From an uncultured virus (IMG/VR IMGVR_UViG_3300046170_000409) (Duplodnaviria; Heunggongvirae; Uroviricota; Caudoviricetes): a DNA stretch of 64,000 nt. Position 1 is the stretch's first letter. Every line of letters begins with the position of its first letter. The notes below the pieces were generated by a model. That model made no database searches. It was not told the origin of the DNA and was given only the letters and a program-made list of their open reading frames with translations. The DNA lies in IMG/VR virus record IMGVR_UViG_3300046170_000409. One strand, 5' to 3'. Shown piece after piece: positions 9,321 to 18,941 of the stretch. A program made the position numbers and the translations under genes.

Positions 9321-9630
9321 CTTGTTTTTCCTCCTCAGATTTCTTTAAATATTGTTCAACCAAATCGGTTAATATGTCACCAATTATAACCTTAAACTCA
9401 TCTGAAGACAAGTCTTTATTTTCTTTATTTTCAAGTGTGATTGTATTGAAAACAAGAACAGTGTCATCGCCATCTTCTTCAAACTTCACAGTATCATATT
9501 GATAGACTACACCAGCATAATCACTTTCAAGTAATCTTATAGACCAGTGTTTGTCATGAAAAGATTTTTCATGTTCTATCATTTCATATTTTATAGGTTC
9601 TGCTCTCATGAATTTACACCCATAACCCAA
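9280..9630 (-). CDS. Hypothetical protein; occupies the gp40 position between uvsX and 41
   Basis: Synteny and size only; true start may be 9609. Confidence 0.5.
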   Translation of the reverse strand: MGYGCKFMRAEPIKYEMIEHEKSFHDKHWSIRLLESDYAGVVYQYDTVKFEEDGDDTVLVFNTITLENKENKDLSSDEFKVIIGDILTDLVEQYLKKSEEEKQDGQDGTGNTEASD

Positions 9631-9800
9631 TTTTCTGCAGCATCTTCTGCATAGTATATTGAATGGTTGCTAACATCACATTCTTCAACAACTTCATTAT
9701 CTTGTATCTTCACTACATATGTTTTGTCACCATCTTTACGAATTGATGCCTTTCGATTAGCATATTCGCCATCACCCATGTACTCACTTATCACTGTCAT
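9606..9800 (-). CDS. Conserved small hypothetical protein
   Basis: 64 aa, YAEDAAENWV C-terminus; overlaps both neighbours. Confidence 0.7.
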   Translation of the reverse strand: MTVISEYMGDGEYANRKASIRKDGDKTYVVKIQDNEVVEECDVSNHSIYYAEDAAENWVMGVNS

Positions 9801-10818
9801 CTTCTACTACCTCTTCTTTCTGTTCCCCATAATTAAATTCTTTTTTAGCACACTCTTCAAGTTGTTCCATGAGTGGAGCAAAATATTTTTCTGGATCTTC
9901 ATTAATATTCTTACCAAAAACTTTTGTCCCATCTGGTAACTCATAACGAGTTGATACTTTTTTAATTACATCATATTTCTCTGCTAAGTCTAACAAACCA
10001 TAGTATCTGTCAAGTCCTTTGTCATATGACAATTTGACTTCCACTTGTTTATTTTCTTTTGTGAATCTGGATTTATGCATTTTCACTTTGATAATATTAC
10101 CAACAACTTCAGTGCCATCTTTATCTTTTTTCTTAGATAACATAGCAATTGAAGATGCAGCATATTTTAATCCAGAACCACCTGATATTTCTTTTGTTGG
10201 AACATATGCACCTACAACATCATAAACATGGTTTGTGACAAGCAGTGGAACATTCGCTTTTGCTAGTTTGAGAGAGAGGACACGAAATGTTCCTCGCAAG
10301 AGTTGTGCTTTAGTCATGTCTCTTGCCTGCTTGCCACTTTCGACATCTTCAAGTTCTTTCACTGAGGAAAGCATACCCAAAGAATCTAATACCATCATCA
10401 TTGGTGGTTTGTCATTCCCATCATTGTAGGAATCCAACATTCGTACTGCATTTGTACGGAATTCTTCGATGGATTGTGGTTCAGAAATAACAACACGATT
10501 AGTGTCAATACCTCTATCTTCCATCATTGATTTTGTTACTGCTGCTTCAGTGTCAAAGTAAATGACACCACCTTCTTTATTGTCTTCTAAGAATCGATGT
10601 ATGACTCCGAGTACAAAGAATGTTTTACCTGTTGCTGACTCACCAGCAAATGCAGTAATCTTATTGTTAGGCACACCACCATATAAACTGCCACACATTG
10701 CAGCATTTAGAATATATGAACCAGTGTCAATTGTGCCACTATATTCAGAACTGTTCTCACCTTTTGCCAGAACAGTGGTATTATCTATACCAGTAATTAT
10801 ATTATTCAAAAAGGTCAT
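9784..10818 (-). CDS. uvsX: RecA-like recombinase UvsX
   Basis: GESATGKT, YFDTE, LDSLGML, SGGSGLKYAAS. Confidence 0.96.
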   Translation of the reverse strand: MTFLNNIITGIDNTTVLAKGENSSEYSGTIDTGSYILNAAMCGSLYGGVPNNKITAFAGESATGKTFFVLGVIHRFLEDNKEGGVIYFDTEAAVTKSMMEDRGIDTNRVVISEPQSIEEFRTNAVRMLDSYNDGNDKPPMMMVLDSLGMLSSVKELEDVESGKQARDMTKAQLLRGTFRVLSLKLAKANVPLLVTNHVYDVVGAYVPTKEISGGSGLKYAASSIAMLSKKKDKDGTEVVGNIIKVKMHKSRFTKENKQVEVKLSYDKGLDRYYGLLDLAEKYDVIKKVSTRYELPDGTKVFGKNINEDPEKYFAPLMEQLEECAKKEFNYGEQKEEVVEDDSDK

Positions 10819-11509
10819 ATTGATTATCCTCCTCTCCTGATGTTTCCATCATTTCTTGTTGCGTTATATCTTGTTTCATGTCTTGTGAAAAACAGAAGTT
10901 AATCACGGATCTGTTTTGTTCGTAAATCGGATAAGTATGTGTGTGCACAATATCGGAATCAAATAGAATTGCTGAACCTTTCCTTGCTGTAAACTTTTCA
11001 CGCACAGTCAATTCTTTAGGATCTTTTGATACGACATCATCATATCTTTCATTGTATATAATTGTTTCACCATCAGCACTATCAACATAATATAAAAGAC
11101 TTTTATATCCTGGAAGTTTAAAATCAACATGTGGTTCTGCAATTTTATTTTCCCAAGATTGTGGTTTCTTTGTATTTAAATTTGCTTTAACACGTTGGAA
11201 TTGTCCTATAGATGATTCTGGTACTCTATCAAACATGAAGAATATTAATCCACTAAACAAGTCCAGATACTTAGTTTGTAAAGTTTCTTTTGGTGCACTG
11301 TTGTGCCAAATGTTTGTGCTCAATTGTCCCTCATCTTTTACATCATTCCAGACACCACTAAATGTTTTTAGATAATCAGTAAACTTTTGTTCATTAGTTG
11401 CTGTATTAGTAGAATAATTCCAATTAAACATATTGGAGTAGACTACATCTTGCAATCTATCTGCAAATTGTTTAGGAACTAAATCTGATATGTGTATCAA
11501 GTCTTTCAT
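10802..11509 (-). CDS. 2OG-Fe(II) oxygenase
   Basis: PHVD...LYYV...FDSDIVH...RSVIN. Confidence 0.8.
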   Translation of the reverse strand: MKDLIHISDLVPKQFADRLQDVVYSNMFNWNYSTNTATNEQKFTDYLKTFSGVWNDVKDEGQLSTNIWHNSAPKETLQTKYLDLFSGLIFFMFDRVPESSIGQFQRVKANLNTKKPQSWENKIAEPHVDFKLPGYKSLLYYVDSADGETIIYNERYDDVVSKDPKELTVREKFTARKGSAILFDSDIVHTHTYPIYEQNRSVINFCFSQDMKQDITQQEMMETSGEEDNQYDLFE

Positions 11510-11535
11510 TCAATATCTCCATTACAAGTTCAATC

Positions 11536-11564
11536 ATTATACTACAATATGTATATGATGTCAA
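11536..11564 (-). promoter_or_regulatory. Sigma70-type promoter
   Basis: TTGACA-N17-TATAAT. Confidence 0.7.
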
Positions 11565-11827
11565 GCATTATATACAGAATCTAATTTATCTCTAAATTCT
11601 TCAATCTTCGCCATACGATCTTGACCATTCCATTTGATATAATCTTTTTCTGGATTTGCAGCAAGATTATTCAATAATGGCATAATCATGTTATAAAGTG
11701 TATCACATTTTCCTTGAACATTATCAAGATTAGTTGTTGTTGCTTTTGCTTCTGTGGTAACTTTTTGAACAATATCAAGTTCATCTTCGTTTACCATTGT
11801 GAAACCGAAATCAAAATTTTCGCTCAT
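11561..11827 (-). CDS. Conserved hypothetical protein
   Basis: FDFGFT...PLLNNLAANPEKDYIKW; GAGGAG RBS. Confidence 0.75.
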   Translation of the reverse strand: MSENFDFGFTMVNEDELDIVQKVTTEAKATTTNLDNVQGKCDTLYNMIMPLLNNLAANPEKDYIKWNGQDRMAKIEEFRDKLDSVYNA

Positions 11828-11860
11828 TACTTTGCTCCTCTGTTATGTTTTAATTCTTTA

Positions 11861-14362
11861 TCAACCGAAAAAATCTTCCAGTGTTGATACATGTTCCACT
11901 TTCCATCCAATTTTATCATGAATGATTCTCAGTGGTTCTAGAAATGCTTTCTCAAACTGCAGTTCGTAGTCAATATACTTATCCATATCAAATTGTTTAG
12001 GAAGTGTGCTAATGATACTCAGCACATTTTGTCCTGCAGGATTAGGTTGCTTCATGTAGCAAAACTTAATCTTCTCTCCATCTTTGATAGTTTCGTATCT
12101 CTTATTTAGACTATGTTTATGTATCATGTGATTAAAAACCATACTACCACGAACATGTATTGGTGTTGACTTTTGTATGTTTAATTGTTCCATATTATTA
12201 TCACTATACTTTGACAACTCACTCACAGAACGAGGAAACGCAATCTCTTCGAATGGTAGTGTTTTAAATTCCTCTTTAAATTCTGCAATAAAGTTTTGAA
12301 CAGTAGATTCATCTGCATTCATAATCAATGCAAAACATTGTTTCATCTTTTCACGACATGCTGAAGGAGTTGAAGATTTAATTGCTTCAATTCCCATCAT
12401 CTTGAGTTTTGGTTCAGCATAACGCACACCCTCTGAATCATGCACATTAAGAATATATCTTTTCTTTGCAGTCCAGATTCCTTTGTCTGCAATCACCTCA
12501 CGTTTCATAAACATCTTCTGGTCATACGCATTCATCAGTTCAGAAAGTCTCAAATAACTTTTATCAATAAATGGTTCAACTTTTTTCTCAGCAACTTTGT
12601 CAAGAAAATCTACAACTCTTTTCTTGTAATCATCTTCTGACTCATCATCTTTTTTTGGACATACTTTTTCAACAAGTTTGTCAAAGGTAATGTATACTGA
12701 ATCTGTATCTGATGCAAGAACATAATCAATATCTTTTGTTTCAAGTAGATTGTTTAAATAATCATTCAACTCTTGTTCAATCCAACGAATAGATAATTGA
12801 CCAGAAAGTGTGATAGATTCTGCCATACGCACATCAAAGAATCGGAAGTATTGATTACCCAATGCACCATATGCAGAATTCAATTGAACCTTTTTTGCCA
12901 ATTGCATGTTTTTGTATTTGGAAATCTTTTTTATAAATTTAGGATCTTTTGTTTTCTCATAATTCTTTTGTGCCTCAATCATTTTCTTTTTATAAACCAC
13001 TCGGTCATCATACATACGTTGCATCATTTCAGGTAAGAATCCTTGATGCTTTCTACTATAATGATATCCATTTGCAGATAACACATGGTCAATTGGATAC
13101 TCTGGTATTTCTTTGTTAAGTAATTCATCTACTGAGACATTTGAATGTATGCCATCTATAAAAGTATCTGGACTGATATTGTATTGCATAATCAAATGAG
13201 GATACAAAGAGTTCAAGTCAAATGACATAATCCATTGATGCATACCAACTTGAGGATCTTTTACATATGCTCCAGCATATTGTGTATTCTTTTTCTTGTC
13301 TTGTTTTGGTGGAATGACAATTTTCTTGTCATACAAATAATTATGGATAAGTGTGTCCCACATTCGCACTTGTGTCATGCAATCACCATAGTTTACTTTT
13401 GCATCATATGCAATCGTAAGTGCTTGTTCAATCAAACGCATTTTATCTTCCAGCATCTCAACAAGTTCAACATCACGAATATTATAATCAATAAACTTTT
13501 GATAATCTGTTTTATAAAGTTGATGTAATGTCTCAACTTCAGAGTAATCTAATTTTCTTTCATTCAACTCAACATATGCAATGTGGTCTAGTCGATAAGA
13601 CTCTTGCATAGAGTAAGTGAATTTACGATATAATTCCAAATAATCAAGTGTTGACATACCAATTAATTCATACTCTGTATTGTTTTGATTATTCATGTAT
13701 ACAGTTCTTTCTCTAAACATTCCTGATGGAGATAATTTCTTTACCTCTTTGGAACTGAGAATCTTTTCAATACGATTATGAAGATATGGAATGTCAAAAA
13801 ACTTTACGTTCCAACCAGTGACAATATCTGCATCAATTTTTTTCCAGTAATCTAAAAACTTAGTTAACAGTTGATGTTCATTTGTACATTGAATATATTT
13901 GACATCGTCTCTTGTATTGTTGTATTCACCACAACCAAGTACAAGATATCTTTTGTTGAATCCAATTGTAATTGCAGTTACAGGTTGACTTGCTTTTTCT
14001 GGTTCTGGAAATCCATCATCTGATGCGACCTCAATGTCAAGTGTGATTGTTCGTACAATATCTGGATCCCATTTTGTAGAGAAGTTCTCATGTAAGCAAG
14101 TATAACCATACATGTTTGAACCATATACAGTGAAGTTTTCTATATCAGCATATCTATCGAAAAATTTTCTTGCGTCTTTAATTGAACCCATTGTTACAGG
14201 TTCAACAGAAATTCCATCCACAGTCTTCCATTCACTTTGTTGTTTTGTTGGAACATAAAGTGTTGGATTATAGTTGATGCGTTCGTTGAAACGTTTTCCG
14301 TCATCGTACCCACGCACAACGATCGCATCTCCATAGGAGTAAAAATTAGTATAGAATCTCAT
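11861..14362 (-). CDS. 43: Family B DNA polymerase (gp43)
   Basis: DIE exonuclease motif, SFDLNSLYP, KVQLNSAYG, SDTDS, C-terminal clamp-binding LEDFF; no intein. Confidence 0.98.
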   Translation of the reverse strand: MRFYTNFYSYGDAIVVRGYDDGKRFNERINYNPTLYVPTKQQSEWKTVDGISVEPVTMGSIKDARKFFDRYADIENFTVYGSNMYGYTCLHENFSTKWDPDIVRTITLDIEVASDDGFPEPEKASQPVTAITIGFNKRYLVLGCGEYNNTRDDVKYIQCTNEHQLLTKFLDYWKKIDADIVTGWNVKFFDIPYLHNRIEKILSSKEVKKLSPSGMFRERTVYMNNQNNTEYELIGMSTLDYLELYRKFTYSMQESYRLDHIAYVELNERKLDYSEVETLHQLYKTDYQKFIDYNIRDVELVEMLEDKMRLIEQALTIAYDAKVNYGDCMTQVRMWDTLIHNYLYDKKIVIPPKQDKKKNTQYAGAYVKDPQVGMHQWIMSFDLNSLYPHLIMQYNISPDTFIDGIHSNVSVDELLNKEIPEYPIDHVLSANGYHYSRKHQGFLPEMMQRMYDDRVVYKKKMIEAQKNYEKTKDPKFIKKISKYKNMQLAKKVQLNSAYGALGNQYFRFFDVRMAESITLSGQLSIRWIEQELNDYLNNLLETKDIDYVLASDTDSVYITFDKLVEKVCPKKDDESEDDYKKRVVDFLDKVAEKKVEPFIDKSYLRLSELMNAYDQKMFMKREVIADKGIWTAKKRYILNVHDSEGVRYAEPKLKMMGIEAIKSSTPSACREKMKQCFALIMNADESTVQNFIAEFKEEFKTLPFEEIAFPRSVSELSKYSDNNMEQLNIQKSTPIHVRGSMVFNHMIHKHSLNKRYETIKDGEKIKFCYMKQPNPAGQNVLSIISTLPKQFDMDKYIDYELQFEKAFLEPLRIIHDKIGWKVEHVSTLEDFFG

Positions 14363-14970
14363 TTCTGGTGGACTGCCACCAAATTAAATGCGATACTGAC
14401 TCGATAATCCTCAGATAAATTAGATTCTACTGCATGAAAACGATGTGGATAAAATAGCAAAAGTTGTCCCTCCTCTGGTTCAAATACTTCGTCTAAATTT
14501 CTCTTGAAAAAAGGTTTGAGAAATTTAAGTTCCGATGGAAATATTATTCTACCTGAATTCTCTGGAACAGTCAAGTAGTAAATGCCAGAAATTAAAACTT
14601 CTTTGTCTAAGTTACCCTCACGTGTCCTAGTGTGATTGTGGATGGCATTGAAGTCATTTTTGTAGTTTACGTTTACCCACAGTTCAATGTCAAATCCATA
14701 TGGCAATGCATTCTCTCTTTGTTCGAGATACTCCAATGTTGGTTTGCTTTTGGAAAATATTTCGTCCGACAACACTTTAAATTCTTTAGCAAAAAATTCT
14801 TGTGCGGACTGATAATGTGAATGATATCCTCCCTGATTTGATGCAAGCATACTGTTGCCATATTCCAGTTGTGTCATATGTAAAATGTTATGCAACAATC
14901 CTTTTTTAATCTTATCATGACAATCTAATCGAGTGTCTATGATAGAATAGTCGTTCTTGAGGATATCCAT
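14359..14970 (-). CDS. Putative 2OG-Fe(II) oxygenase
   Basis: WVNVN...HNH...SGIYY...HAV...RVSIAFN. Confidence 0.8.
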   Translation of the reverse strand: MDILKNDYSIIDTRLDCHDKIKKGLLHNILHMTQLEYGNSMLASNQGGYHSHYQSAQEFFAKEFKVLSDEIFSKSKPTLEYLEQRENALPYGFDIELWVNVNYKNDFNAIHNHTRTREGNLDKEVLISGIYYLTVPENSGRIIFPSELKFLKPFFKRNLDEVFEPEEGQLLLFYPHRFHAVESNLSEDYRVSIAFNLVAVHQK

Positions 14971-15077
14971 TATGTTAAGAATCCAGATAAGAAAGAAAAG
15001 TCATTTGTTGTAAATACCATAAGACCTACTACAAATGCTGGCACTATTACTATTGCAATAATAATTTCAATTGTCAT
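14970..15077 (-). CDS. Small membrane peptide (35 aa)
   Basis: Translated by hand: MTIEIIIAIVIVPAFVVGLMVFTTNDFSFLSGFLT; fills the gap and its stop overlaps the next ATG. Confidence 0.5.
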   Translation of the reverse strand: MTIEIIIAIVIVPAFVVGLMVFTTNDFSFLSGFLT

Positions 15078-15087
15078 TTTAGTTACT

Positions 15088-15306
15088 TCATTCATTTTTT
15101 TCCTCTATTAAATGTTTTAAATCTGTTATCTTTTCTTGCTCTATTGCATCAATAATAAAATTAGTTAGTTGTATTTCTTTTCGTAAGTAGAACATTTTTA
15201 GTTCTAAATCTTTTAATTGCTTATCGTAATAATCTAGTTCTGCTTGTTTGCGAACTCTTTGAGATATAATATCTTCTAAGAATAATATCTTTTTATCTTT
15301 TGACAT
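15088..15306 (-). CDS. Coiled-coil hypothetical protein
   Basis: 72-aa ORF within the operon. Confidence 0.7.
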   Translation of the reverse strand: MSKDKKILFLEDIISQRVRKQAELDYYDKQLKDLELKMFYLRKEIQLTNFIIDAIEQEKITDLKHLIEEKNE

Positions 15307-15729
15307 TTAATGACCTTTATAATCATTTACATCATTGTGTGAATTTGATATTTGTTTTTCACCTTCACCTTGCCACATCAGTTCATAACCTAGTTCTTTT
15401 GTCTCTTCACAAAACTCTAATAGTTTGCAAAACTCATTTTTAAAATCTTTATCTGCATGACTACGTTCATGTTCTTCAAATGATGACCAATAAGTTATGA
15501 TAGCAATATGATTTCCTTCAGATCCCAAATCACCAACAGATCCTTCATCACTAATGAATCCAGAATATTTGAAAACTTGTCCTGCTAAAAAACCTTTGTA
15601 TCTGTTTTTAACAATGTTACACATCATTGCTAAATTTTCTTCAACATCATCAATGCTGACACCATCTTTTAATTTTGCCACATTGTAAAGCATCACACTA
15701 TTAAATGGCACTTTTATATCATTAAACAT
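15307..15729 (-). CDS. Possible dimeric alpha+beta barrel (ABM-like) protein
   Basis: GFLAGQVF...IITYWSSFEEHERSH resembles the ABM-fold W-x-S-x-E pattern. Confidence 0.45.
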   Translation of the reverse strand: MFNDIKVPFNSVMLYNVAKLKDGVSIDDVEENLAMMCNIVKNRYKGFLAGQVFKYSGFISDEGSVGDLGSEGNHIAIITYWSSFEEHERSHADKDFKNEFCKLLEFCEETKELGYELMWQGEGEKQISNSHNDVNDYKGH

Positions 15730-16309
15730 TATTTGCCTCAGTAATATGATTATATAGATGTTTCCATTTTGAAAATCTAGGAAACTTTGAATCTATATTA
15801 TGTTCATGAGCAATCAGTACAGAATTCAAACCAAAGTCTTTACCAACTTGAGCATTCTCAGGTTTGTCTTCAATCCACCAACAACCAGTGTCAGCATATT
15901 TTCTTAGTTCTTCATCTTTATCTGCACCAGTGTCAAGGAATACAAACTTCTCAAAAATACCTTTACCAAATAATTTCTCAATATTCATTTTTCTTAACTC
16001 TTGAGCATTTTGATTATGAGATAAAGAAGTTATGCAATGAAATACATAACCATGTTTCTGATGAAGTTGTTTAATGTAATAGATTGAATCCCTTAGTGGT
16101 GGGATGAAACCGATTGATGCACTCTCATTAAAAAATCTAATTAGTGTATTCTTTTGATTTTTAGAAATACCATATCTTTCGTCAACTGAATATGTAGATT
16201 CATCTTTTAGTCTAAATCCTTGATGAAACATCCAAGTTTCGAAAGCATATAACCAGTCGAGTAAGACTCCATCACAATCAACTAGTATTACTTTGTCCTT
16301 TTTCTTCAT
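15722..16309 (-). CDS. HAD-family 5'(3')-deoxyribonucleotidase-like phosphatase
   Basis: VDCDGVL, ITS, WIEDKPEN. Confidence 0.85.
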   Translation of the reverse strand: MKKKDKVILVDCDGVLLDWLYAFETWMFHQGFRLKDESTYSVDERYGISKNQKNTLIRFFNESASIGFIPPLRDSIYYIKQLHQKHGYVFHCITSLSHNQNAQELRKMNIEKLFGKGIFEKFVFLDTGADKDEELRKYADTGCWWIEDKPENAQVGKDFGLNSVLIAHEHNIDSKFPRFSKWKHLYNHITEANNV

Positions 16310-16334
16310 AATAATCCTCTCAATTTACACCTAG

Positions 16335-16363
16335 ATTATACTATATTTTAGGGTAAAAGTCAA
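16335..16363 (-). promoter_or_regulatory. Sigma70-type early promoter
   Basis: TTGACT-N17-TATAAT with an upstream A-tract. Confidence 0.75.
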
Positions 16364-16380
16364 CACTTTTTTTGTATAAT

Positions 16381-16659
16381 TTATTTGTATAATAATGCTC
16401 TTGCCTCAATGTATGTATCATAAATGATTAAATACCAATCTGTGAAAAAGTGATAGTTTATGATACCTGCTAACATGATTAAAACACCTACCACATTGAC
16501 CACTATTAGTGCCCAATCTTTCCACATTATTCCGACTATCAACCAACCTGTTAGTCCGACAAGTTGAAAGTACATACTATATGGATACATGTTAAGTGCA
16601 ACTAATGCACCTGCTATTATCAATGTAATACTTGCAAACCATTTTATGTACCAATCCAT
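16381..16659 (-). CDS. Small multi-pass membrane protein
   Basis: DWYIKW...YP...GW...W.D.ALI..N pattern; three hydrophobic helices. Confidence 0.75.
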   Translation of the reverse strand: MDWYIKWFASITLIIAGALVALNMYPYSMYFQLVGLTGWLIVGIMWKDWALIVVNVVGVLIMLAGIINYHFFTDWYLIIYDTYIEARALLYK

Positions 16660-16660
16660 A

Positions 16661-16963
16661 TTAATATTTCATCACTCTATCTAGTATAGTTTTTTCTTCT
16701 TCAAATATTTCAACTTTATCATATACTCGAATTGCTACACCATTTGAAGGATTCTCATACCAAGAACCATTTTCTTCTCTAACATCATTACCAAAGACTT
16801 CATCAATCAATTGTAAGTCAGACATGTGCTTTACTTTATTGGTTTTTTGTATGCTATAATCATACCATGAATTTTCACCATACATAACTTCATAAGTTAT
16901 AACAGTATGTGGTGCTTTTCTGACTATTTGACCACGTAAAAAGTTTTTCAATATTTCGCTCAT
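16661..16963 (-). CDS. Hypothetical protein
   Basis: 100-aa ORF within an early operon. Confidence 0.65.
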   Translation of the reverse strand: MSEILKNFLRGQIVRKAPHTVITYEVMYGENSWYDYSIQKTNKVKHMSDLQLIDEVFGNDVREENGSWYENPSNGVAIRVYDKVEIFEEEKTILDRVMKY

Positions 16964-16967
16964 AGTT

Positions 16968-17297
16968 TTAGTTCTCCATATTAGATATATCAGTTGCTTG
17001 TTGTTTATTTAAAATCGGCACTGCATTAGATTTATGCATTGTCGCAATTCCTTTAATTAAAGTTCCTGTATATTTCATTGGTTCTTTTTTGTGAGCAATT
17101 CCACCACAAGAGGGAGCACTTGTTGATGTGTCTTCCCTCGTATAGAGAGGTTGTGGTGGAACGTATTGCCCTGTAGAAATCTTTTTCTTCTTATGTAATC
17201 TTTTTGTACTAGCAAGGAAATCGCTATACTTTTTTTGTTCTTTCGCTAAAGTGTGTTCACGTTGCCTTGCTAGTTTTTTCCATTTAGGTGTGCTCAT
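16968..17297 (-). CDS. Conserved basic hypothetical protein
   Basis: YTGTLIKGIATMHKSNAVP motif, typical of T4-like phage early genes. Confidence 0.75.
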   Translation of the reverse strand: MSTPKWKKLARQREHTLAKEQKKYSDFLASTKRLHKKKKISTGQYVPPQPLYTREDTSTSAPSCGGIAHKKEPMKYTGTLIKGIATMHKSNAVPILNKQQATDISNMEN

Positions 17298-17300
17298 ATA

Positions 17301-17516
17301 TTATACCAACAGTATAACAAAATCACCAAAGTATTCATCAAACACTCTCAACAAATGTTGATAATCCTTAGACTTCATTTGCTTAGTTACTTTATCAGAA
17401 TCCAAACCTAGTTGATTTGATAGATGTTTTGCAGTACCCAAAAGATAATGTGCATTACCATCTGGACCAGTCAAATCTATGACTAATTTATCTGATTTTT
17501 GTTTTACTCTAAACAT
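17301..17516 (-). CDS. Conserved small hypothetical protein
   Basis: IDLTGPDGNA motif; GAGAGG RBS. Confidence 0.75.
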   Translation of the reverse strand: MFRVKQKSDKLVIDLTGPDGNAHYLLGTAKHLSNQLGLDSDKVTKQMKSKDYQHLLRVFDEYFGDFVILLV

Positions 17517-17549
17517 ATAATAACCTCTCTATAATTAACTTACAGAGAC

Positions 17550-17578
17550 ATTATATCCTATGTAAATAGTAATGTCAA
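17550..17578 (-). promoter_or_regulatory. Sigma70-type early promoter
   Basis: TTGACA-N17-TATAAT with ATAGGA just before the -10 box. Confidence 0.8.
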
Positions 17579-17622
17579 GGGTTTTTTTTGTCTTTTTTTG
17601 AGGTATTTTAGGGGGATTTACA

Positions 17623-17647
17623 CTCGGTGGGGGTGAACCCCACCGAG
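17623..17647 (-). terminator. GC-rich hairpin downstream of the alkB-like gene
   Basis: 10-bp stem CTCGGTGGGG/CCCCACCGAG with 5-nt loop; no clear U-tract. Confidence 0.55.
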
Positions 17648-17657
17648 CACTTATTGA

Positions 17658-18734
17658 TTAATAAGTTGAGAAGTTTCCAGCGATTGCTTTTTCTTCTTTT
17701 GTTGCACGATTATTATCCCAGTCGTCTAGATGTTTCTTCATGAATTTTCTATACAATGGTGGAATCAACGCAATTGTAAATAGTGTGAAATAACCAACAC
17801 CTGTGTTTGGAGCATCCACATCATCTAATTCCCAGAAGTGTGTTTCACCTCTGTCATGATGGTCTGCTTGTCTTCCGATTTCAATAAAGAACCAAGAAGT
17901 AAACGCAGTTGCATTATCCCAATTGTGTCTGTAGTCAATTGGTTGGTCTTTTTGGCGTATTAAACCATAATGCTCTAAGTAGTTAAGTGCTTCTAATTCA
18001 AAGTTAGAAATTACCCACATAACTGCTAAACAAGCAACACCGACCCATCCACCAGCAGCAAAGAATATTGATACAGATGGCACTGCCATTAGATAACCAC
18101 GTATCCAACGATTTTCCCATGAAATGAAACTTTTACCTTGTCTACCTAATCTATTTTTTTCCATTTCAAATAGGAATTTAGATTGTCCAAGATAAGATAA
18201 TAAGTAATGTCCATAGATTGTTCTACCACGTGGAGCAGTAGCAGGATCGTCTTCACTAGCAAGTTCTAAGTGATGGTTATATACGTGTGCATAGCAGAAA
18301 TGAGCAGAACCTGAAAGTCCCATCATCCAACGACTTATCACAAAAGCGAATCCTTTTGTATGTGACAGTTCGTGTCCATATATAATACCAATACCTAAGA
18401 AGATACCAGCAGATAAAGTTGTACCTACGAGTTCCCAACCAGTTACACCGATAGCGATTTTGTATGCTACAGCAAGTTGTAAAACTACAAAGACTGGTAA
18501 CATTAGATACATGACCATGTTTTGTAACCATGGAATACCTAGTGTTTCACCATTCTCGTCATATCCAGCACCTTTGGTCTGGTATGTGATTAATGTGTCT
18601 ATTACGATTCCAACACCTAATAAAGCAACACCTATCCAAGCGAATAGTCCTCCTTGAAGGACACCTAGTGTTGTCACTATTATTAATAGTGGTGCAATCC
18701 AATAGCGAACATTTGTAAAGAGTTTTCTTAACAT
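17658..18734 (-). CDS. alkB: Membrane di-iron alkane 1-monooxygenase (AlkB/XylM family)
   Basis: His boxes HELSH, AHVYNHH, NYLEHYG and RQADHH, plus DPATAPRG and several TM helices. GGGAG RBS favours the start at 18734. Confidence 0.85.
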   Translation of the reverse strand: MLRKLFTNVRYWIAPLLIIVTTLGVLQGGLFAWIGVALLGVGIVIDTLITYQTKGAGYDENGETLGIPWLQNMVMYLMLPVFVVLQLAVAYKIAIGVTGWELVGTTLSAGIFLGIGIIYGHELSHTKGFAFVISRWMMGLSGSAHFCYAHVYNHHLELASEDDPATAPRGRTIYGHYLLSYLGQSKFLFEMEKNRLGRQGKSFISWENRWIRGYLMAVPSVSIFFAAGGWVGVACLAVMWVISNFELEALNYLEHYGLIRQKDQPIDYRHNWDNATAFTSWFFIEIGRQADHHDRGETHFWELDDVDAPNTGVGYFTLFTIALIPPLYRKFMKKHLDDWDNNRATKEEKAIAGNFSTY

Positions 18735-18803
18735 AATGTTCTCCCGACAATTTCTTGCCATTTAGTTTTGTTAGTGATATAAAAATAAAAATATCACTCT
18801 GTC

Positions 18804-18833
18804 ATTATATATAAACACCAGACTTATTGTCAA
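18804..18833 (-). promoter_or_regulatory. Sigma70-type promoter of the alkB-like gene
   Basis: TTGACA-N18-TATAAT; a second TTGACA-N16-TATAAT lies at 18905-18932. Confidence 0.65.
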
Positions 18834-18941
18834 GTGTTTATTTGTTTACATTATAAAATCCGAATATACCAATATTCTAAATGATAATTCGAACTGTTAG
18901 AGACATTATACTACATCTAGGAGAGATGTCAAGTATTATTT

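Noticed and set aside
18868..18895. Fur-box-like AATGATAAT upstream of alkB
   Set aside because: Only a half-site in very AT-rich DNA, so expected by chance.
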